Source of the DNA: Candidatus Yanofskybacteria bacterium
GTDB taxonomy: Bacteria > Patescibacteriota > Minisyncoccia > Minisyncoccales > UBA10102
Assembly (NCBI GenBank): GCA_030688685.1
Contig: JAUYJF010000038.1
Coordinates: forward strand, 1-47,188
Direction of reading: 5' to 3'
Length of the DNA stretch: 47,188 nucleotides
This document shows positions 25,782 through 33,079 of this stretch, piece by piece. The position numbers were made by a program, and so were the translations under genes. The notes under the pieces were generated by a model. That model worked only from the letters and a program-made list of their open reading frames with translations, was not told the DNA's origin and made no database searches. Positions within the stretch are counted from its first letter, which is position 1, and each line of letters begins with the position of its first letter.

Positions 25782-26040
25782 GGAGGATCCCGAGCAAAAT
25801 CAATTGAGCGGAGCGAATACAAGGCAGATTCAAGGAGTGAGGAGCGATGTGTGCCGTATGGCACATGAGCGACGAACAACGCGGAAGCTGTTCTGTATGC
25901 GCCCGCCCCGCGGGGAAGCTCCCAGAGTGGCTGATTTCTTCGTTACTTCTCCTCAATGTAGTATATACTACCCTTTGTCGTCGCGCCTTGAAATCATCTC
26001 ATCTGGGAGCTTCTCAATCTGATTTGTGCTCGGATCCTCC
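25782..26040 (-). ncRNA. unclassified structured RNA element, copy 2 (~259 nt, inverted paralog of copy 1)
   Basis: The closing helix pairs 26013-26040 with 25782-25808 (~26 bp with bulges). An inner 12-bp helix pairs 26002-26013 with 25915-25926. Hairpins lie at 25958-25971 and 25850-25865. The block order matches copy 1 when read on the minus strand. It begins 11 nt after the 3' end of tRNA-His, so co-transcription with the two tRNAs is plausible. Confidence 0.55.
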
Positions 26041-26051
26041 TCTCCTAGGTG

Positions 26052-26125
26052 GGTGAGCGACGGGATTCGAACCCGCGATCTTCGCTGCCACAGAGCGACG
26101 CTTTAGCCGCTAAGCTACGCCCACC
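26052..26125 (-). tRNA. tRNA-His(GUG) with encoded G-1
   Basis: G-1 plus acceptor GTGGGCG/CGCTCAC, discriminator C73, anticodon loop CTGTGGC. Confidence 0.9.
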
Positions 26126-26140
26126 ATATATACTCTCTTG

Positions 26141-26212
26141 TGCTCCCACTAGGAGTCGAACCTAGATCCCAGGCTTAGAAGGCCCGTGCTCTATCCATTG
26201 AGCTATGAGAGC
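26141..26212 (-). tRNA. tRNA-Arg(UCU)
   Basis: Acceptor GCTCTCA/TGGGAGC, anticodon loop CTTCTAA, T-loop TTCGACT. Confidence 0.85.
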
Positions 26213-26228
26213 TCCGCATCCCGCAAAT

Positions 26229-26257
26229 ATTATATAATGAAGTCTCACTTTGGTCAA
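26229..26257 (-). promoter_or_regulatory. sigma70-like promoter for tRNA-Arg, tRNA-His and possibly RNA copy 2
   Basis: On the minus strand: TTGACC (26252-26257), 17-nt spacer, TATAAT (26229-26234). Confidence 0.5.
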
Positions 26258-26562
26258 TTGCCTTCAGATTCCAGCATCATCCGGAAAAGATCCCGGGAGC
26301 TTCTTGCTTCGGTTTGCTGAAACGTCCTTTCGCGTTCTTGCTGAATCTCCAGGATTGTTTGAAGCCGCTCTTCTTGGAACCGCATCCCAGAGGCCTCTGA
26401 AAGCGCGGGGGTTCTGGAAGAGAATCCATACACAAGAAACAACAGGACAGAGATCAGGAGGCCGAGCGTCGTGAGAATCAGGAAAAAACCAAGCGAGTGA
26501 TACCCTGCCTGGCGCACGAGTTTTTGCGCGTATTCTTTGATTGTTTCTTTTTTAATAGTCAT
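26254..26562 (-). CDS. small single-pass membrane protein, last gene of the pilus operon
   Basis: 102 aa with one TM helix (LGFFLILTTLGLLISVLLFLVYGF). Its start overlaps the PilO-like stop by 4 nt. No recognisable domain. Confidence 0.45.
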   Translation of the reverse strand: MTIKKETIKEYAQKLVRQAGYHSLGFFLILTTLGLLISVLLFLVYGFSSRTPALSEASGMRFQEERLQTILEIQQERERTFQQTEARSSRDLFRMMLESEGN

Positions 26563-27083
26563 CGTGTAAATGCCTTTACGGTAAGAGAAAACGACAATAC
26601 TCCCGTACTCTCTTTCTGAATACGCGCATCTCTGACCTCAATGAGGTAGGGAGCATTTTCAAGCAATCTGAGCATTGTTGTGAGTTGAACATATGATCCG
26701 CGCCCGGAAACAAGAAATGCCGCGGAGGGCCAGAGATCTTCCTGCTGCTGACCCGTGCCAGGAGCTATAGAGAGGGACATACCTGCCTGTTCTCCCGCGT
26801 TCTCTAAAAACTCAATAAATTCAATGGGAACGACAGAATGAATAAATAAGCGCTCCAGATCCGCCACATCCTTTCCATGCCTTGCCTTGAATCGCTGGAA
26901 TTCTCGGGCATCATTTTCTTCTTGCGCGGCTTTCTGAAGCTGCGTCTGGATATTTTCAAGCTCAGCTGATCCTTTCACAATCCCCCGCACAAGCGGAAAA
27001 ACACCAAAGAGAATCAGGAGAACGGAAGCCCCGAACACAAGCAGTACTGTCCCGAATCGTGTTTTTTGCTTTGCCTGTTTCAT
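26559..27083 (-). CDS. pilO: PilO-like pilus assembly protein
   Basis: 174 aa with an N-terminal TM helix, a coiled coil and a C-terminal domain. It follows PilM/PilN with 4-nt overlaps. Confidence 0.55.
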   Translation of the reverse strand: MKQAKQKTRFGTVLLVFGASVLLILFGVFPLVRGIVKGSAELENIQTQLQKAAQEENDAREFQRFKARHGKDVADLERLFIHSVVPIEFIEFLENAGEQAGMSLSIAPGTGQQQEDLWPSAAFLVSGRGSYVQLTTMLRLLENAPYLIEVRDARIQKESTGVLSFSLTVKAFTR

Positions 27084-27646
27084 AATGCAAATGCTTCAAT
27101 ATCCATGCTCGCGGAAAAGAGAACGTCCGTTCGCGCGACATAGCTTGAGAGGGGAAAAGCAACGCTGCTAAAAAACATGTCTTCTTCAAGATTCTGCTTA
27201 AACCCAAGCATCGCGTCTCGCGTAGAAGCGAATCCCGACAGTTCAATGCGAGCTTTTACTTTTTTCTTCACGCCTCGCTCAGTTACGGTAGTCGGGGGAG
27301 AGTAGACAAGAGCGCGAAGTTCCACATCTCCGGGAAGAGCTTGCTCAAGATGCTCAACAAGAAGCAGCAACCGCGGCGTGGCAGTATAGAATCTTTGGAG
27401 AGAGATGAGCGTTCCATCTATTGCCCGCATCTCCTGCGTGTCTTGCGCCGTCTGATCCTTCTGGAGAGAAGAGAGAAGGAGATTCTGGGCCTGCACTTTC
27501 CCGGTAATGGAAATGAGAACAGCCGCAAGAAGAAGCAGGGAGGCAAGGAGAGCCGCAGCACAGGCAATTCCTCCCGCGATCAGCAGACGAAAGAAATGTT
27601 CCTCAACGATTTGCTGTTTCCTTTCTGGGGGCAGAAGGTTAATCAT
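27080..27646 (-). CDS. pilN: PilN-like pilus assembly protein
   Basis: Starts MINLLPPERKQ (typical PilN N-terminus) followed by a TM helix. I trimmed it to the ATG at 27646, which overlaps the pilM stop by 8 nt. Confidence 0.65.
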   Translation of the reverse strand: MINLLPPERKQQIVEEHFFRLLIAGGIACAAALLASLLLLAAVLISITGKVQAQNLLLSSLQKDQTAQDTQEMRAIDGTLISLQRFYTATPRLLLLVEHLEQALPGDVELRALVYSPPTTVTERGVKKKVKARIELSGFASTRDAMLGFKQNLEEDMFFSSVAFPLSSYVARTDVLFSASMDIEAFAL

Positions 27647-28790
27647 AGGAAGGAGGCTGGATTCCGCGAAGCGCCAGACCAAGGGCAGTGGCATATCTTA
27701 GAGAATCCTCAAAATGGAGGGTGGGGATAACCTGCGCGCGATCCGGTAAAATATTCACCCATGGATTCGCAAGCTCAACTTGGACCCCCAAGGCGCTCGC
27801 GAGCCATGCGGGAAGACCTTTCAGATTCGCCGCCCCTCCGCACAGCATGACTCTCTGAACTCGGCTCTGCTCTTTCACAAGATGCTGATGCTGAGCGTGT
27901 GACGCGTAATATTCCATATACTTGCGCATGTGTTCTGCGAGATCGGAAAGAACCGGGACAAGAGCTTCAAATACATTGCGCCCTTCTTTGTCTTCGGGGA
28001 AAGCGAGTCCGTACGCGCGCTTCTTCTCTTCCGCTTCTTCCAAAGATATTCCCATGTACTTTGCGACAGCTTCCGTAAGACCAAACGAAGAAGCTTGCAA
28101 AGAAGTGGTAAAGCGCAGACTGTGCCCCGCAAAGACACTCAAGGACGTGCGCGTTGCCCCAAGATCTGCGACCAGGAGCGGCACAGGAGAGGTGTTGTTT
28201 TGAATGACGGCGCGGAGAACCGCGAGCGACTCTATCTCAAGAGCGATAGGAATCAATCCGACCTGGTCAAGAACCGCCACGTACGAATCCACCGTGCTCT
28301 TGGGAAGCGCCGCTAAAAGAATATCCAGGTGGTCAAGATGATTCTTCAGAGGAGAAACAATTTCATGGTCAAGATACACCGTTTCCAAAGGATAGGGTAC
28401 GTAGTTTTCCGCTTCAAAGGTCAGGGCCTCCCGCACTTGGCGCCTTTCCATGCGCGGAAGCTGGATCACCTGAAGAAACGCCTTCTCTTCCGGAAGAGAC
28501 GCAACCACATACGGAGTGCCCAAGGGCTCCCCCTGGACGCTCTGGCACGCGGAAATAATGGTACTGGCAAGCTGATCTTTATTCTGGACTTCCCCGTTCT
28601 TCACCAGCTCCTCTCCAACAGCATACTCTCCAAAAGAAGTGAGTGCTTTTGTTCCTTCTCGCTGAGAAAGCTTCGCAATTTTTAAGGTGAAATCCGAAAC
28701 ATCCAACCCAAACGCGTCCTGGTAAAGTTTTGAAAAACCCATGAACATTGATTGATTGTACCGCGTTTCGCGCACCGAACGCAATCTCAT
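27639..28790 (-). CDS. pilM: type IV pilus assembly protein PilM (actin-like ATPase fold)
   Basis: Motifs LLVADLGATRTSLSV and MLCGGAANLKGL. It is adjacent to PilN/PilO. The start may instead be an internal Met 14-16 codons downstream. Confidence 0.8.
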   Translation of the reverse strand: MRLRSVRETRYNQSMFMGFSKLYQDAFGLDVSDFTLKIAKLSQREGTKALTSFGEYAVGEELVKNGEVQNKDQLASTIISACQSVQGEPLGTPYVVASLPEEKAFLQVIQLPRMERRQVREALTFEAENYVPYPLETVYLDHEIVSPLKNHLDHLDILLAALPKSTVDSYVAVLDQVGLIPIALEIESLAVLRAVIQNNTSPVPLLVADLGATRTSLSVFAGHSLRFTTSLQASSFGLTEAVAKYMGISLEEAEEKKRAYGLAFPEDKEGRNVFEALVPVLSDLAEHMRKYMEYYASHAQHQHLVKEQSRVQRVMLCGGAANLKGLPAWLASALGVQVELANPWVNILPDRAQVIPTLHFEDSLRYATALGLALRGIQPPSYD

Positions 28791-30019
28791 TCCACTTCTC
28801 TCCAGCTTACAACCGTCCAGCCGGCAGCGGGACCTGAAGTAAACACCGCGTCTTCCAATCCAATTTCGTACGTAAGCTCAGCGTTATTTTTCACATGAAT
28901 GCCATATCCGGTTATTGATCTCATCTCGGTATTGTTTTGTATCTCAACCCATCCGGTGTTTGAATAGAGAATATCCGCGCGCGCGGAGTTCTTCATAATC
29001 ATGGCGGGATTCGCAGAAGAAGCGCTCACATACATCAGGTAACTGCCGGGCGCCCCGGATCCGGAAGAAACAGAACTGTTTTGCAATGTAAGAAGAGCAT
29101 CCCCCACAATGACGCCGCTCATGGTGCCGTATGAGGAATCAAGACGTACCCGCGCAGAATTGCTTATTGTGATTTCTCCGGTAACCCACAGGGTTCCCGC
29201 CACCACCAGCGTTGCCGTGTTTTGAATAATAAGGTCTCCTTCTATCTTCACGGGCCCCAGAATATGAGTACCGGTGCTCCTGCTGTAGCTCCCGATGGTG
29301 CCTCCAGCGGCCGCGTCTTCTTTCCACGTCTCAATCTCAGAATCTAGTATGGGAAGCGACACAGGTTCTACCGGAAGCCCTTCGGTCGTTAGAGAGCCGG
29401 AGGTGCATGCCAGTACCGTATTCGCGTGCAGAGTTCCTGCAACCTCCGCATTTTCGCAGACATCGGCGCGAGCGTTTCCGCCGACAACACCCCCGGAAAG
29501 TTTCTTTCCGATGCCCGCGATAAGGATGGTGTCTGTAACTTGAGCGCTTCCTATAAGCTGAGCGTCCCCGTTTGAGAATACGTTCCCCACTACCTTGCTT
29601 TGGTTGTCCATGCGCAAGCCCCCTCCCCCGACTTGCGCGCCGTAGAAAAATCCCGGAGTTACCGTGGAGAGCTCATACACTATTTCTATCTTGCGAACGC
29701 GGTCCGCGAATATTCCTTCCGCCGTAATGACGCGCGCGCCCGCGGCAATATCTGAAATGAGTACCTCCACTTCTCCTTCGCCAAAGGAAAACGCATAGGG
29801 GCTTGACCAGCTCATGCCCTTTTCAAGACGCAGGAGCGCGTCTTCAATTCCCGCTTCTGCCGCGTAGAAGGCGAGAAGTGACTGTTCCGTGTTCCGGGCA
29901 ATACGCGCCTCTCCCACAAAAAGAAGCGTACCGGTCGCCGTAATACCGGCAAGAATGCCCATCACGATTGTTGCAACAGAAATCGCGGCAAATCCGCGCT
30001 CATGAACGCTACTCTTCAT
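28787..30019 (-). CDS. PilX-like large minor pilin / pilus-tip candidate with beta-helix-like repeats
   Basis: N-terminal hydrophobic pilin-like helix (ERGFAAISVATIVMGILAGITATG) with a PilX-like start (ARNTEQSLLAFYAAEAGIEDAL). The central Gly/Asn/Val-rich repeats suggest a beta-helix. Confidence 0.55.
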   Translation of the reverse strand: MKSSVHERGFAAISVATIVMGILAGITATGTLLFVGEARIARNTEQSLLAFYAAEAGIEDALLRLEKGMSWSSPYAFSFGEGEVEVLISDIAAGARVITAEGIFADRVRKIEIVYELSTVTPGFFYGAQVGGGGLRMDNQSKVVGNVFSNGDAQLIGSAQVTDTILIAGIGKKLSGGVVGGNARADVCENAEVAGTLHANTVLACTSGSLTTEGLPVEPVSLPILDSEIETWKEDAAAGGTIGSYSRSTGTHILGPVKIEGDLIIQNTATLVVAGTLWVTGEITISNSARVRLDSSYGTMSGVIVGDALLTLQNSSVSSGSGAPGSYLMYVSASSANPAMIMKNSARADILYSNTGWVEIQNNTEMRSITGYGIHVKNNAELTYEIGLEDAVFTSGPAAGWTVVSWREVE

Positions 30020-30524
30020 GCGATCGCACGGAAACCGTGGTTGTTATGGATACGGATGCCTGAAATTCAGGGCGCTCGCTCGCAGTCTCGCGTCTTGCTT
30101 CCAGCTCAATGCGTACTGATCCTGAATCAATCTGCGAAAACACGAGGCGCGTAATTTCCAGAGCCGCGGGGCTCAAGGCAATGGGAATCTCTCCCTCCTT
30201 CTTCAGGCAAAGGCGGCTCTCACAGAGAAAGAAATCAATATAGGAGGTTTGATCCCCCGCAAGCGCGTATTTTGAAGTTTCCAGAGAAAGCTGGCCCGGG
30301 TGCTCAGCGTACACCGATGTCGGGGTGTAGATGCTTTTTGCCTCACGAATTTCCCGCCCCATGCGCTCAAGAACACGCTCAGAAGAAATGCGGGTTTCCC
30401 GCATCGCCTCAGCTTTCATGTGAACCCTCACGGTCCAGAGAAGAAACGATCCAATCGCAAAAAGCACAAGCACGAGGATCGTAGCATAGACGAGAAATTC
30501 CAGTATCGTGAATCCTTTCTGCAT
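30009..30524 (-). CDS. prepilin-type N-terminal cleavage/methylation domain protein (minor pilin)
   Basis: The MQKG|FTILEFLV class III signal peptide is followed by a hydrophobic helix. Confidence 0.7.
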   Translation of the reverse strand: MQKGFTILEFLVYATILVLVLFAIGSFLLWTVRVHMKAEAMRETRISSERVLERMGREIREAKSIYTPTSVYAEHPGQLSLETSKYALAGDQTSYIDFFLCESRLCLKKEGEIPIALSPAALEITRLVFSQIDSGSVRIELEARRETASERPEFQASVSITTTVSVRSHEE

Positions 30525-30525
30525 G

Positions 30526-31062
30526 CTATTGGCGCCAATTGGCGAATAAAGAGGCGACCTCTACTTCGTATGTCGCGCCCCGCGAATCCCAAAAAACCCG
30601 TACGCGCGCCTTCTTGGTTTCTTCATCAACTGCTCCTCCCTCCTCTACGATGTTTCCTCCCCCGTCTCTCCGCACCTGTTCAAAAATGATCTCTCGCGTG
30701 TATTCATCTATGGACTCTGTCCCTTGTACCAGCTCCCAGCGAGCCGGAGATCCGGACTCCAAAAGCATGAAAGAAACACCGGTATTTTTTGTTCCAATCC
30801 CGTCTTCGTTCCAATCGGTTGCGTCGCGGAATGAACGGACCGCCTCCAGGCCTTCCTGCGCGAGAGCGAGCGCTTTTCCCCTCTGTTCCTGGGTTTTTGC
30901 CTGCTGAAGAATAAATATTGTTCCTCCAAGAACAGAGACAAAAACCACGGTGGCAATAGCGGTGGCCACGAGAATTTCCACGACAGTCACGCCCCGACTA
31001 TTGCCAGAAGGGCTCTGAGACAAAGGCAGAACCCCCTCGTGTTGTTTCTCCGTCTTCATCAT
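30526..31062 (-). CDS. prepilin-type minor pilin (PilV-like)
   Basis: ...NSRG|VTVVEILVATAIATVVF prepilin motif after a 24-aa leader. It overlaps the upstream gene by 65 nt if the annotated ATG is used. Confidence 0.6.
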   Translation of the reverse strand: MMKTEKQHEGVLPLSQSPSGNSRGVTVVEILVATAIATVVFVSVLGGTIFILQQAKTQEQRGKALALAQEGLEAVRSFRDATDWNEDGIGTKNTGVSFMLLESGSPARWELVQGTESIDEYTREIIFEQVRRDGGGNIVEEGGAVDEETKKARVRVFWDSRGATYEVEVASLFANWRQ

Positions 31063-31858
31063 AAAAAATGAGGTCTGATGCTTCTCCCTGAAAAGCGATT
31101 CTCAGGGACGCTGTATTAAACCTGCGGTCGCGCTGAATGGAGAATTCAGTGTCAGGATCATTCAGCCGATGAGTTATGAGCACGACCTTTTGGGCTTCTC
31201 CTCCAACTTGCACGGTACCCTTCCAAGAAAGCTGTCCGGCCGCGAGAAACGCAGAAAAAGGAATGAGAACGACCGTCTCCTCGCCAGATCCCTCCGCGAA
31301 CACCAGCTCAAGCGATTCTGTGGATGTATCAATAATCCTGCTGTAGGAAATATGCACATGGCGGGAATCTCGCGCGCGCTCCTCACCAGAAACAGGAGAT
31401 CCTTCAAGGACGCTCAGGGTTCCCGCCTCCCCGATGTACACGCTTCTTGTGTGGTCAGCCGCCTGCACACGGATAAATCCTGTCTGTTCTGGAATTCCGT
31501 CAATTCTCCGAAATACCACTTCGTCTTCGGTCCCCAGGGAGATTTCCGTAAACATAGTTCCCCGGGGAAGCTCAAAAACAGCATCCTCATTCAGATCCCG
31601 CGTCTCATAGCTCTCCCCCTGAAATAAGGTATAGCGAAGGGCTTCAGAATCAAAAAACACTCCGTACTGGCTCGCGCTTTCAGAAGCAAGAGATTTGCTC
31701 TGCGCTTGGCGAAGAACACTGAGCATCTCTTGAGAAGCGCGTTCGGCACTGTATGTTTTCTGGAATTCACTAAATGCTCCCGCTCCAATAATAAAGAGGA
31801 TGCCTGCGAGCCCCAAGACCACGAGAAGCTCAATGAGGGTAAACCCTTTTGTCCTCAT
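30998..31858 (-). CDS. prepilin-type protein, GspH/FimT-like
   Basis: MRTKG|FTLIELLVVLGLAGILF. I trimmed the start to the ATG at 31858, which lies 4 nt after the pilC stop. Confidence 0.7.
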   Translation of the reverse strand: MRTKGFTLIELLVVLGLAGILFIIGAGAFSEFQKTYSAERASQEMLSVLRQAQSKSLASESASQYGVFFDSEALRYTLFQGESYETRDLNEDAVFELPRGTMFTEISLGTEDEVVFRRIDGIPEQTGFIRVQAADHTRSVYIGEAGTLSVLEGSPVSGEERARDSRHVHISYSRIIDTSTESLELVFAEGSGEETVVLIPFSAFLAAGQLSWKGTVQVGGEAQKVVLITHRLNDPDTEFSIQRDRRFNTASLRIAFQGEASDLIFYDEDGETTRGGSAFVSEPFWQ

Positions 31859-31862
31859 GCCA

Positions 31863-33077
31863 TTAGATGGAACCAAGCATGCCATACATGGGCTGAATCA
31901 TGGAGATCGCGAAAAACCCGACAACTCCTCCGATAATAAGCATGAGAAGGGGTTCAATAACGGTGGCGATATTCTTGGTTGCGTTCGCGACTTCTTCCTC
32001 AAAAAAATCCGCGAGCTTGGCAAGAACTTCCGCGGTCTGCCCGGTTTCTTCTCCTACCTGAACCATCTGCAGCACATTGATGGGATACAAGTCCTCATAG
32101 GGCTGCAGTGCCTCTGAAAGTTTCGCTCCCTTGCGCACTTCTTCCGCGGCGGCAGTTAAAGAATGCCGGAAGCTGGCGCTGCGCACAACCGATGAAGTAA
32201 TGGAGAGAGCGCGCAAAAGAGGAACACCGGCGGCAATCAGAGAACTGAGCGTTCTAATGATGATAGCGGCGTTTGTTTTGTGAAAGAGTTCTGAAAGAAA
32301 AGGCAGCCGAAGGAAGAAAGCGTCAAGAAGCTTCCCTCCCGCGCTTGTTTTTGCTCCCCACCGCAGGGCTATGATTCCCGCGACTCCTATACCGACCGCA
32401 ATATACCAGAATTGTTTCAGGAACTCACCCACTGCTATAATAATTCTCGTCGTGAGCGGGAGAGGCACTCCGAGGTCGCCAAATGTCTTCGCGAGCTCAG
32501 GAACTACGACCACCAGCATGGTAATGCCAACCGCGGACATCGCAGTGAGCACAACAGCAGGATAGAGAAGTGCCCCCTGAATCCTGGATTTCAGCTCGTG
32601 CTCGCGTTCCAGCTGAAGAGCGAGGTGCATAAGAACATCCTCAAGGGTTCCCGATTCTTCTCCCACCTGAACCATACTTTGGAAAAGATCGGGGAAAATA
32701 TTCGCGTGATGTCCCATGGCTTGCGCGAGAGTTTCACCGCGCACGATTTGCTCGCGCATCTCATTCAGCCCCTTTTTGAGCTGGCCGTTTCCGGTTTGGT
32801 CCGCGAGAATTGAGAGAGCTTTCGGTAATCCCACTCCCGCTGAGATCAGTACCTTGAGATTCCGCACAAGAAACAGCTTATCCTTTACCGACACTCCTCC
32901 AATACTGATCTGTAATTTCTGAAGGAGGGGAGAGGCTTTCTTTTCTTCGTCAGCGGACGTAAGCACGAGCCCTTCGGATCGCAAAGAAGCGGCGAGCACC
33001 CGCTTACTTTTTGCCGTCTTGCTTCCAGAAAATGACTTGCCTGATTGTGAGATAGCGGTGTAGAGATAGGTGGGCAT
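31863..33077 (-). CDS. pilC: type IV pilus platform protein PilC (GspF family)
   Basis: 404 aa with two GspF repeats and 3-4 TM helices. Confidence 0.85.
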   Translation of the reverse strand: MPTYLYTAISQSGKSFSGSKTAKSKRVLAASLRSEGLVLTSADEEKKASPLLQKLQISIGGVSVKDKLFLVRNLKVLISAGVGLPKALSILADQTGNGQLKKGLNEMREQIVRGETLAQAMGHHANIFPDLFQSMVQVGEESGTLEDVLMHLALQLEREHELKSRIQGALLYPAVVLTAMSAVGITMLVVVVPELAKTFGDLGVPLPLTTRIIIAVGEFLKQFWYIAVGIGVAGIIALRWGAKTSAGGKLLDAFFLRLPFLSELFHKTNAAIIIRTLSSLIAAGVPLLRALSITSSVVRSASFRHSLTAAAEEVRKGAKLSEALQPYEDLYPINVLQMVQVGEETGQTAEVLAKLADFFEEEVANATKNIATVIEPLLMLIIGGVVGFFAISMIQPMYGMLGSI

Positions 33078-33079
33078 AC

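Noticed and set aside
25251-26040. Alternative readings of the inverted pair: RNase P RNA, tmRNA, SRP/4.5S, 6S RNA, cobalamin riboswitch, group I/II intron, retron msr/msd, IS or MITE terminal inverted repeats, or one giant DNA/RNA hairpin.
   Set aside because: The signature motifs are absent: GAGGAAAGUCC/ACAGAA..GGCUUA of RNase P, the tRNA-like ends and tag ORF of tmRNA, the SRP GGAA/AGCA loop and the B12 box. No reverse transcriptase or transposase gene is nearby. Each copy folds on itself with copy-specific compensatory helices, which a simple long inverted repeat would not need. The mobile-element and giant-hairpin options cannot be fully excluded without a genome-wide copy count.
25060-26056. 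Track ORFs spanning the tRNA/RNA locus: 25060-25404, 25215-25532, 25274-25525, 25394-25717 (long version), 25570-25956, 25577-25879 and 25804-26056.
   Set aside because: They run through tRNA genes or through the paired helices of the structured element. They occur in several overlapping frames on both strands, and the two element copies do not conserve any reading frame. Only the short acidic 25586-25717 segment was kept, as a low-confidence CDS.
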